DNA of 64,000 nucleotides from contig DF237263.1 of NCBI GenBank assembly GCA_000708835.1, positions 1 to 64,000 of the forward strand, written 5' to 3'. Below the pieces are notes generated by a model. It was not told the DNA's origin, did no database searches, and saw nothing but the letters and a program-made list of their open reading frames with translations. Below, piece after piece: positions 33,401 through 45,400 of the stretch. Source of the stretch: Klebsormidium nitens. Taxonomy: Eukaryota; Plantae; Klebsormidiophyceae. The position numbers were made by a program, and so were the translations under genes. Position 1 is the first letter of the stretch. The number at the start of each line of letters is the position of its first letter.

Positions 33401-36400
33401 TAAAGAATGGTTGCACCCAGAAGCCCAGAGATTAAACCGCGATTCTTCGGGACTTTAAACCACCTTCGCGCCTCCGCAGGTGCTGGACGACTACAAGATT
33501 CTGTGCCTGCCCAACAGCGAATTCATCCAGATTGCGCCTCAACACTACAGTGTCAAAACTCTGAGATTCAAACCCCTAGTCAAACCCTCTTCTGAAGGTG
33601 AAATCAAAACTCTGATCCAATCTCAACTTCCTCCTCTGCAGGTGCTGGACGACAACAAGAAGCTGTGCCTGCCCAACAGCGAGATCATCCAGATGTCGTC
33701 ATCCATGAACATGATCTTCGAAGTGGGCGATCTCGCGGTCGCGTCGCCCGCGACCGTGTCGCGCTGCGGCATGGTTTACCTGGAACCGCACCAATTGGGC
33801 TGGCAGCCGCTAGTGGCGTCGTGGCTCCCAAACCTCCCTAACCCTCTGCTTAACCCGGAAACGCGCGCACACCTCCAGGGGCTGTTCGACTGGCTGGTAC
33901 CGCCGTGTCTAAGATTCCTGCGCAAGTCGGTGCGCGAGATAAGCCCGACGAGCGACGCGAACGTGGTGCGCGCGCTCATGCGCACTTTCGACGCGCTCGT
34001 GCGCGAGCTGCGCGACGAGGGCGCGGCCAAAACCCTAAACCCCGAGAAGCTCGCGCAGTGGGTCGACGGGCTGTTTTTATTCTCGCTGACGTGGTCAGTT
34101 GCGTGTACTGGGAATAACGAGGGGCGGGTCGGATTTGATAGGTTCATTCGCGAACTGGTCGGGGGAGGCGTTCCGGTCGGGTACGAGAGCTACGTTCCGG
34201 CGGTGCACGTTCCGTTCCAGTGTCCGGTGATACCGGCGGAACGGGGGGAGCTCATCTTTGATTACATGTTTGAAAAGGAAACGTGCAAGTGGAAACTTTG
34301 GACGGCCACGATTCTGAAGGAAGAGATTCCGGACAACGCGCAATTTAGCGAGATCATCATCCCGACCGCTGACAGCGCCCGCTATACGTTCCTGCTCGAT
34401 ACTGCGATCCAAGCCGGGTACCCGATCATTTTAGTGGGCCCTACGGGGACGGGCAAAAGCGTATACGTCAACCGCCACCTTATGAGCGGCCTGGCCAAAG
34501 ACAAGTATACGACGATGAACGTATGCTTCAGCGCGCGCACAACGGCGAACATGGTGCAAGCGCAGATTGATGGGCGACTTGACAAGCGGAAGAAAGGGGT
34601 GTTTGGGCCGCCGTTTGGGAAGCGGTGCGCGATCTTTGTGGACGATCTGAACATGCCGCAGCTGGAGGTCTACGGCGCGCAGCCGCCGATTGAGCTGCTG
34701 CGGCAGTTCATGGATCACGGTACGTACCGCTGTTTCCAAGGGTTGGATAGATCAGGATCCACTTCGTGTTCTCTGCTTCTTCTTTTCGGCTTTTGTGGGA
34801 TTCACGCTTTCTCAGGTTTGCTGATGGTTTACAATTCATAAGATATCTACGGCAAGATTACAGAGATCTGTCCCAGAAACGCTCACAAAGGCGGAGAACA
34901 TTTTGCATGCTGGATTCGTTGCGTCGGCTTTGAACCGGCACCGACAGGTAGCGCTTCTCTCCTGCCTATACTTAGGTCTTGCTACATATCGAGTGAGGAT
35001 CTCACTCCAAAAACTAAGCTCGGAAAGCGCTGCTCACACGATCCCGCCGTTTTTCGTACACGTAACATGTTTGGGGTGCTTCTCCTCGTCTCTCTCACCC
35101 TTCTTTTCGAAGAATACAATTTCCCCAAGCTTTCTCCAACTATCATTTTCAAATGGTGTTGAACCCAGAGGAAAAATCCCTAAAACCCTGGTTCCCTGCT
35201 CCTGGCAGACGGATGGTACGGCCGCGATAATGTGTTCCGCGACATGGTGGATGTCCAGTTCGTTGCGGCCATGGGGCCCGCGGGCGGCGGCCGCAATCCC
35301 GTCACCGTGCGCTACCTGCGACACTTCAACACCGTCGGAATGGCGCAGGTAAGGTTCTGTTGCCTACTTGAGTTTTTGCAAATCTTTCAAGATTCCAGAA
35401 AGGGGGCCGATATTTGACAGCAGCGCAAAGAAGCGGGCTCGGTTGTGTTGAAGATGCTCACATCAGAACAGAATAATGTAGAACTCCATAGCCGACTCAT
35501 CCTTTCAACGTTACAATTTTCTGGGGGCATCTTGCGGCTCCCGTGAAAGCTACTTGAAGGATCCTTTTCCCGATGCTTCGCTCAGATTAAGATCCAATCC
35601 TTTGAGTCCAGCCAGGCCAGACTTCAAGAATTGAGGTTATCGTTTCGCTTTTCAGGTGGCCGACTCGTCGCTGAGCGCCATCTTCTCGTCCATTCTGACG
35701 TGGCACCTCACGCGCGCGCCCTTCCCAACGGACGTCCGCAAGCTGTGCCCGTCCGTAATCGCGGCGACCATGGACGTGTACAACGCAGCCATGGCGTCGC
35801 TGCTCCCCACGCCCACCAAGAGCCACTACACTTTCAACCTGCGCGACTTTGCGCGCGTTATCCAGGTACGTATACGCGGGATTTTTGCACTCCATCGCTT
35901 TCAACCGAGAATGATTTTCCAGCAATTGAGACTGAATGTCGACTTTGAGTATGAAGGTCGAGGTTGACTTTCAAGAGTAAGCAGATGCCAAATTGAAAGT
36001 GCCCATTGCCCTCTAGTTGGTGCAAGGGTTCGGGTTTCGACCGTTTTGAACTTAGATCATCAAAAGATGTCTCTTCAATTTAGCAATAGTAAGCCCTAGC
36101 AATAGTAAGCTCCGGCACTAACACTAAAAACCTAACCTACAAAAACACCCGCTCCGCACCCGAACCCACCCTAACCCCCAAACTAACCCTACCCGTCCCA
36201 GGCTGGTGAGCTTACTATTGCTAAAGCTTACTATTGCTAAATTGAAGATTCTTCATCAAAAGCCCTTCCACGTAGAGAGCTTCCTAATTTTCAGTTGGCT
36301 CAACCTCACAAACAAAAATCCTTCAGTTTTCCAGTGGCATGAAGTCCTTTTGCTCTCACTTGGATTTTCATTAGTGCCGTGCTCGATTGTTTCTGGCGGA

Positions 36401-39400
36401 AACCGAATCTCCGCCACCTGTCTCTCCAGGGTATCATGCTCCAGCCGGCCGCGTCGCTCCCCGCGGCCGGCCCGCCGGCCGCCAAGTCGCACGTGCGGCT
36501 GTGGGCGCACGAGGTTTTGCGCGTCTTCTACGACCGCCTGGTAGATGACGTGGACCGCACGTGGCTGCTGACGCACATGAAGGAGATGGTCAAGAATCAC
36601 TTTGGGTTCGGGTTTGAGGACCTCTTTGGGCACCTCAGGCAAGGGGAGGGCGGGGAGATTGGCGCGCAAGAGATGCGGAGGTGAGACTTTGAGCGGACTC
36701 TCACTTGATCGTGGACGTTAGGAAGGGCTATACCTCGGACGGCATTGCGAACTTGCCGTACATGCTTGAACAAGTCTTCAACAGATATTGTTTGGTCTCC
36801 TTGTGATTCCTCTGTGATTCCGTAGCTGTAAGTTTAGGCGGTTACGGTGGGACAATCCCTTCTCAACTCCTTTTGTAGCTGATATCATCGCAAAAGACAT
36901 GCCCTCTTTCCTGATATCAACCGATAAAAGAAACTCCAGCGCCTAGTCCGCAGTGTCAGAGGCTCAACTCAAGCTGAATTATGCCCCAGTCGATGACCCA
37001 AAAAGGTGCACGCGCTCACACTCTCTGCGCGCGCGCAGGTGCTTCTTCGGCGACTACGCCGACTCGACCGCCGAGCCCGAAGCCCGGCAGTACCAGGAAG
37101 TGTCCGACGTCCCCAAACTGCTGACCACCATGGAAGAGTATCTCATGGATTTCAACGGTACCAGCAAGCGGCCGATGAACCTCGCGATCTTCCTGTTTGC
37201 GGTGGAGCACATTTCGCGCATATGCCGGCTCCTGAAGCAGCCGGGGGGGCATATGCTGCTGGTGGGAGTGGGGGGGTCGGGGCGGCAGAGCCTGACGCGG
37301 CTCGCGGCGCACATCGCGGGCATGGAGGTGCACCAGGTGAGGGTTTGGGGGGTTTAAGGCGCTTGCGGCCGCGGTGTTGAGGCGGCTTGTTCGCTTTGCG
37401 GGCTTTCTGTTATTTTGCGCTTCCAAGGGGCCTTGAATTTCCAGCAATGGCCGAACTGAGTGTTTTTAGAGTTTTCTTAAGAGTCCTTCTGTACAGCTGC
37501 CGTATTTGTCATCACAAAGAAGGTTCAGCTTTGAGATTTCCATCTCAACGTTTCTGGACATTCTGAAATTCCTAATCAAGGACGGCTCAAGTTAACCAGA
37601 GGATCGGAAGCTCTTTGGGTGTATTCAATCATCCATTTGCGGCTGCCGAACAGGCTAAAATCAAAAGCCCTTTGAGTCAATGCAGAGTATGAAGGCAAAC
37701 AAGAGGTTTTTCAGCGCTTGCTTAAGGCGAGATCCATACGTCTTGGTGGAGATCAGCTACAGGTGAGTTGCATCACTAAAGCTACCCAAATCCTCCACTA
37801 TCTAAAAGAGTCGAATTGCAAGTCCACATTGACACAGGTGGAGATCAGCAAGAGCTACACGTGAGTCGGATCAGGAAGCTGCCTGTTCCACTCACTTGCT
37901 CAGGAACTCAAACTGGAGTTTGAATTGACAGGTAGAGATTAGCAAGAGCTACACGCGCGTGGAGTGGCGCGAGGACCTGAAGAAGATGCTGCGGCGCGCG
38001 GGCGCGGAGGGCCACCCCGGGGTGTTCCTCTTCAGCGACACGCAGATCAAGGACGAGGCGTTCGTGGAGGACATCAATAACATCCTCAACTCGGGAGAGG
38101 TGAGAATGTTTCAAAGAGATCAGTCATGTGGCGAGCAGAAAACCAATACACGGTATTGGCGCAAAAGCCGTGTGCAAAACTTTAGAGATGATGCGTTTTT
38201 CGAAGCCTGCAGGTTTGCGATTTCTGCGGCTGACATAGCCTGGTTCTTCTTGCTTATGTTGGTTCAGTGCGCTAAGCTTCGACGCTTTGTTTGGCCATTC
38301 TCCCATCTTGAGATGGTGTGAGGAGATTGGAGGTGAGTTCTACATCCGTAGAGCTATGATCAATGGGGTATCAGAAAGAAGCTGCAAGGATATGGCTGTA
38401 TGGAACAGTATAACGCGTAACTTAAGAGCCAAGGACTTACATGCTTTACCTTGAATCTTTTCGGAACAGCGCACACTCAAAGCTCAATTTTTCAGTACCT
38501 TGCCTTCCTCCCAGGTGCCCAACATGTTCCCCAACGACGAGAAGGCCCAGGTGCTCGAGGCGGTGCGCCCGATCGCGGCCGCGCTCGGCAAAACCCTGGA
38601 AACCCCGACCGAGCTGTGGGCGTTCTTCACCGCCCAGTGCCAGCAGAAGCTGCACATCATGCTGTGCATGAGCCCGGTCGGAGACGCCTTCCGCGACCGG
38701 TTGAGGCAGTACCCGAGCCTCGTCAACTGCTGCACCATCGACTGGTTCCAGGTCCGTAAATCCCGCCAGCCAAAGGGCTCTTTATGGGCTTCTGCCTCTT
38801 GAAAGCTTCGCCCTGTAAAGTTTTACTCTTGTCTTGTCTTGTCTGAAATCATCAACGTCGGCTTTGAGGGTTGAATCTTTTCCCTATTTCATGGGTCTTG
38901 TTTCAGTGTAACTTGCTCCCTCCTACCGCTTTCTTGCCCAATTAGGTAGGCTTTACTCCTGACGATTTCCAGCGATTAATCGCGCGCAGAATAGCGCTGA
39001 CATCACCACTATTAACGGGATCAAAACTCTAGAACCGTAACGACATCCCTATAAGCTCCCTACCTATCAAACCAACAGATCTATCGAGCAGACGCGCTCG
39101 CCTTTACAAGCCAGCCCTTCAGAAGCCAGATTGGATTCCTTCAAAACCCTCCATAAACTTACTTTCAACCTTTCCGTGACCCTCCATAACGTCTCCTTAA
39201 CCCTCGCTTAACCCCGCAGGCCTGGCCCGAAGACGCGCTCGAGGCCGTCGCGCACAAGTTTTTGGGCGAGACGTCGGGGCTGGACCAGAAGATGCGTCCG
39301 GCGATCGTCCGCATCTGCAAGGCCTTCCACGAGAGCGTCCGGATCTACAGCGAGAAGTTTAAGCAGGACCTGGGCCGGCACAACTATCTGACGCCCACCA

Positions 39401-42400
39401 GTTACCTGGAGCTGCTGGCGACCTTCCAGAGCCTGCTGCAGGTAAAGGGTCGCCCTTCCTTTAGTCTTCGCACAACTGGTCGGTGATTAAAAGCGGTCAA
39501 GAGTTGATTCATTATGCTTCCAAGGGGACTTTCCTGAGTAGTCTGAAACGGTATCCACAGAAAGCGTTGCATCAATCAGACCCTCGAAAACCCTCCACTT
39601 TTTATTCACTTCGCTTACGTACACGACAAAACGATCCCTGGAGCAGGAATTCTGTGCAGCAATAAAAGCCCTTGCAACCAGGAATCCTGAGGAGAAACCG
39701 TTTTCTTCTGCGATTTGGCCGCGACCGCCCTGAGTTGCTTTACCCGATTTTCACCACAATCTGCAAAACAACTTTGAGATCAATGATAAGAAGAGTCAAG
39801 AAGCAAGCCTGGGTCTTCCATCCATTCTTCAGGCGAAGCAAGCGGAGAAGCTGAAGCTCAAGGGGCGGTACGAGGTGGGCCTGGAGAAGCTAAGCAGCAG
39901 CGCGGTCCAGGTGGCGCAGATGCAGGGCGAGCTCACGGACCTCAAGCCCAAGCTCATCCAAACGGTGCGTCGACTTGAGCATTTCGGTTTCCTTGGAGGT
40001 TATTGAGATCACTGCACTTTCTGTGATGCAATTTCGCAGAAGCCCTGAAAGGACTGTAGCCCCAAGCGCATTCAAACATGAAGGCGTCTTGAGCACCTCA
40101 GACCCCGCATAACCTTGTCAAGGGTGACGTCTGTGGTTCTTGAGCTTAGGAAGCCGGAAACGAAAGCTTTTCATTGAAATTACCATCTGCTTGTGCAGGT
40201 TCTCAGTTGCAAGGGGTTCAATTCCAGACCAATTTCGGGAATCGTAAAGCTCGCGAAGGTCTTTAACTGAAACCTCGTCCAGGAGAGCAACGCGAAAGTG
40301 TGAGAATCACCGGGGCAAGTGAGCAGCGCGACGAGGAGGACGTGTGCGCACGGGCTCAATTCATCACAGTGCTGCGACATTTCTAATCATAATGAACCCT
40401 AATCTGGCTCGCAGGTCGCGGGGCAAGTGTCCCAGCGCGACGAGGAAGACGCGAGCGAGCAGGCCGGGCATTTTGATAACCCGAATATGCGCGCATCAGT
40501 TCTGATCGAGCTCGCTTAAAAGATCTTGAATATGCTCGCAGGTCGCGGAATTCGAGGAGCTGATATCGCGCGTCGAGAAAGAGAAGCGCGAAATAGTACT
40601 TGAGCCGAAGAAAGCGATTGTGCAGCGCGACGAGGAAGACGCATACGCAAAGTCCTGGCAGAAATAATATAAACATAGAACTTGTTTTCAATCTGCAGGT
40701 GGCAGAAGTCGAAGAACTTATGGCGCGCGTCGAGAAAGAGAAGCGCGAAGTAGTAGAGCCCACAAAAGCGATCGTGCAGCGCGACGAGGAAGACGCGAGC
40801 GCGCAGGCCGCGCACTCTCACTTCGTACAGGAATCCTAAATACCGCGCACCCAAGCCCTTATTTTAACCGGTCGTTCAAGCCGGATTGCGCGCGCAGGTC
40901 GCGGAAGTCGAGGAGCTGATGGCGCGCGTCGAGAAAGAAAAGCGCGAAGTGGTCGAGCCCACAAAAGCGATCGTGCAGCGCGACGAGGAAGACGCGAGCG
41001 CGCAGGCCGCGGACGCGAAGGCGATCAAGGACGAGTGCGAGGGCGCGCTCGCGCTCGCGATGCCGATCCTGGAGGAAGCGCTCGCCGCTCTAGATACGCT
41101 CAGCCCGAACGATATTAATTACGTGAAGAAGCTGAGCAACCCCCCCGGAGCGGTGAAGCTGGTGATGGAGGCGGTGTGCGTCATCCTGGATGTGAAACCG
41201 GCGAAGGTGAGAGAGGTTTCAACTATCCGTGGAGAAAACCGTGAAGATAACCGCAGGGTATGGCCGTTGAAGTAGTAGACTATTCCGCACATACGCAGTG
41301 TACTGTGCACATACAGCTATTGAACATTTGTTTTCTCAAGAAATCAGCCACGATAATCGACATTTGTGGCATATCAGAACGAAACTGTTTGCCCATCTAA
41401 ACAGATTCTGATGCCTATCACAACGGCCATTTGGGTCTACTGTTGCCTTTTCGTTCCACCCCTTGCATTCAACCTTTAAAGAAATACGGCAATCTTACGT
41501 CCAGCATCAGGGTGCACAGGCAAGCGCGTCTAGATGCCATCTTTCCGAAAGCGACAGCTTTTCTCGACTTGCTTGTACTTACTTTCTTGAGTCCCTTTTC
41601 GCGGATTCCTAGAACCCGTTTTCGATTGCGTACGTCTCGCGCGCGCGCAGATCCCCGACGGCAAGGGCGGCTCCGTGCTCGACTACTGGAAGCCCAGCGT
41701 CGCGCTTCTGAACGACAAGGACTTTTTGGGCAACCTCAAGACGTACGACAAGGACAACATCAACCCCAAAATCATCGCGCGCATCCGAAAAGAGTACACG
41801 AGCAATCCGGAATTCACGCCGGAGCGCGCGGCGAACGCGAGCGCGGCCGCGGAGGGGCTGTGCAAGTGGGTGACGGCCATGGACAAGTACGACGCCGTCG
41901 CAAAGGTGCGCGCGCACGAGCTTGATTTGCTTTTGCTGGGAAAAACGTGTCGGGTAGTTATCCTCAATAGAGAGGTTTCAGAGTGAGTCCCGCCATTAGT
42001 GTTGTGGACTTTGCGGAGGGGCTGTGCAAGTGGGTGACGGCCGTGGACAAGTACGACGCCGGAGCGAAGGTGCGCGCGCGCGAGTTGCCTTTGGCTCTTT
42101 GCTGGAAAGAAGCATTTTGTTGTTTCCAGTAATTTCTCTAGAGTAAGCTGTTCAGGGCGGCTTGAATTGAAATTCACTTCGAATATTGGGTTGACCAGCT
42201 TCATTCAACTTACTCGGGTCAGTCGATGAGCCGCCTGAACGTCTCAGGTTGCAGGGTCCTACATCAGAGCTCTTGAAACCTCTTCGCAACCCAGATTCAG
42301 GCACAAGAAGCTGACGAGCGTTTCCGCAACGAAACTACAAGGCGCTTTGTTAGATTTGAACGGAAAAAGCGCAAAAACCGGAATTCAACTCAAATCTAGC

Positions 42401-45400
42401 GTACGTAGACCTTCCGTCCTCCAAGCGCTAAATCTATACTTATTCGTTTCAGGTGGTAGCGCCCAAGAAGGCCGCGCTCCAGATCGCGGAGGACAAGTAC
42501 GAGACGGTCATGGTGGGGCTCCGCGCGAAGCAGGCGGAACTGAAGGCGATCCTGGACAAGCTGGCCGGAATGGAAGCGGAACTGGAGGTCAACATGCGCA
42601 AAAAGGAGCAGCTGCAGGTAAGATGACGGGCGGCCGTTCCATCAAGGCGCAACACGTTCGTCAAGTCTTTTGATGCTTTCTGACGGGTTATTGGTTCTGC
42701 GCTGTTATTCACCTAGAGATTGTGGGGCTGAAGAAGACGCCGATGCGCCAGCTCTGTTCCAGACAACTAGTTGCACGATAACCCAAAGACCTGAGTTTAT
42801 GTATCTAACCAAGTACAAGCGATAAAGAAGTAAGGGGCAAATCTCCAAGCACAAGCCTGTTTAAGAGTCGGTACCGAAGCTCCGATCAAGCGTCAATTGG
42901 AAAGTGTCACCATTGAGACACCTCGTGACCCTCCAGAACCTTTCACATTCCAGTATGCTCACATCATTTTTTTCTCAACTCCTACCCTCAGCACGAGGTG
43001 GAGCAGTGCACGGTGAAACTAGAGCGGGCGGAGCAGCTGATCGGCGGGCTGGGCGGCGAGAAGACGCGCTGGACCGCGGCCGCGGAGGAGCTGGGCGCGG
43101 AGTACGACAACCTGACCGGGGACATGCTCGTCGCGGCAGGGGTGGTGTCGTACCTGGGGGCGTTCACGGCCGGGTGAGTGCACCGGGCTACCCCGTTCTA
43201 AGGATGGGGGGTCTTTTACAGTCTCATTCAGTGAATCTTGGACTGGGGTTACTGGCAGCTTCAAAGTGCTGCAATCCAACAACTCACGTTGTGCTTTGAC
43301 TGGCTTCAATCGACATATCAACATTGGGGATCAAGTGGAAGATTGTCGTGTAGGCCGTAGATTTAAGTCACTGCTCAAAGGCTTGACCAAGAAACGGCGA
43401 AGTAGATAGCGTGAACTAGGAAGGGAGCCACGGAAAAGGAATGCTGACTTCCAAAGCCAACTTGGTTCATCCTACTTTAAGGGCTCGGCCGATGGTGATT
43501 GTCCTGCTATGGGAGCTATTTTTCATCCATGACTTCCCAATTGTGCAGGTATCGGCAGGAGATAGTTGAGAAGTGGGTGGCGCTCTGCGCCTCGGAGCAG
43601 ATTCCCAGGTCTCCCACCTTCTCCCTTACGTCGGTTCTTGGTGACGCCGTCAAGACGCGGGAGTGGCTCATCGCTGGATTGCCGAACGATTCCTTTTCGA
43701 TCGAGAACGGGATCGTTGTTGCGAACGCGCGCAAGTGGCCACTCATGATCGATCCGCAGGGGCAGGCCAATAAGTGGGTCAAGAACATGGAGAAAAACAA
43801 TAACTTGCAGGTAAGGATTCGTCACCCATTCGGCGTCCTAGTGATTGAGCTCCCAAAATGACACCCATGATTTTCAATCTGTATTCGATCAGAGAGCTTC
43901 TGGTGCTCTCCAAAGAACTATTGATCATCGTACCTTGTATTGATGTCTCCATGATCAAATTCCAGTGATTTTGAAACATTGGGGTGACGGGTTTGCATCC
44001 TTCAGAGCCTCTTTCTCATGGCCAGAAACGAGCTTTTTGAGTAGTGCGGTTAACTCTACGGTTACTACTAACCCGCAGGTCATCAAGCTGACCGAGGGCG
44101 GGGAGTACATGCGCACGCTGGAGAATGCCATCCAGTTCGGTCTGCCGGTGCTGCTGGAAAACGTGGGAGAGGAACTGGACCCTTCGCTGGAGCCGCTTCT
44201 TCTGAAGCAGGTGCGCTATCCAAGTTCTTCTGAATGTGTTGATGGAAGTGGGACTTCTGGAAGTCCTTGATCACCCCTCCGTCGCTTCAATCTTGGCTTG
44301 GTAATTGAAAAGATCAAACCCCAACGTCTTGTCTACCTCTCCCGTCTCTCAAACTTCGGTGTGTGTCTGATCATTCGTCGGACCTTTCGTCATTTCGAAC
44401 CCCGTCTCCAGCCTTGCAAAGCTTCTTCAATCATGCCACGATGTGCAAGAGGCGAATTGGTCAGAGTAAAGCTGCCCAGATCCCGCGGCCGCTCATCCGT
44501 CACCCAATTCCTCCGAAGTGAGATTCATGAAGGACGTTCTTCGGGGACACAGTCTGTTTCTTCAAGCGCGAAAAGTCACTCGTGAACCTCCTGTCAAACA
44601 AGTAGCCAGCCCTCTCCGCTCAACAAGGACCCGTTTCAATTCCGTTCAGGTTTTCAAGGTGGGCGGCGTTCCGTGCATCCGGCTGGGCGACTCGACGATC
44701 GAGTACTCCTCCGACTTCCGCTTCTACATCACCACCAAGCTGCGGAACCCGCACTACCTGCCGGAAACCGCCGTCAAAGTGACGCTACTTAACTTTATGA
44801 TCACGAAAGAGGGGCTGAGCGATCAACTCTTAGGCGTGGTAGTCGCGAAAGAACGGCCGGATTTGGAAGCCCAGAAGAACGAGTTGGTGGTTCAAGGGGC
44901 GGAAAACAAGCGGAAGTTGAAAGAGTTGGAGGATCAGATTCTGGAAGTGTTGTCCAGTTCGGAGGGCAATATTCTGGAGGACGAGACGGCGATCCGGGTA
45001 ATTAGTGAGGCGAAGGCTGTGGGGAACGACATTGCGGAGAAGCAGGTGGGTTGATTTATCGTATTTTGGCTGTGGTCCTGGAAAGTGAGGCTCCAGCTTT
45101 TTGCTTTCGTGATATTATCGACAACCTTTTGAACCCTTTGTCTGTTCGGCTGTTTTTGGTTTCACATCTGTACCGTGTTCAGAGGTTTGACGTGACTGCA
45201 GATAAGATCGTGGCAACTGTTTCACGTAGAATGGGCGTTTTCAATCTTTATCTTTTTCTATCGTGGGTCTTCTTGCACCGTTCTCTACTTTTCTGTATCT
45301 TTGGTAGAGGACACTTCAAAAGGTCACTTAAACGTGGAAAGCAATGCGTTCCTCCATTAGAGTATGTCCAAGAAGCTGTGTTAAGGAGGAACCTGCTGAA

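Noticed and set aside
14040-35190. Scattered CCCTAA(A/C) words resembling telomeric repeats or telo-boxes
   Set aside because: Isolated units; several sit 15-45 nt upstream of acceptors, consistent with branch-point motifs rather than interstitial telomere arrays.
40305-41011. Regularly spaced repeats superficially like a CRISPR array
   Set aside because: The units are decayed exon copies with splice sites; eukaryotic context, no constant repeat/unique spacer structure and no cas genes.
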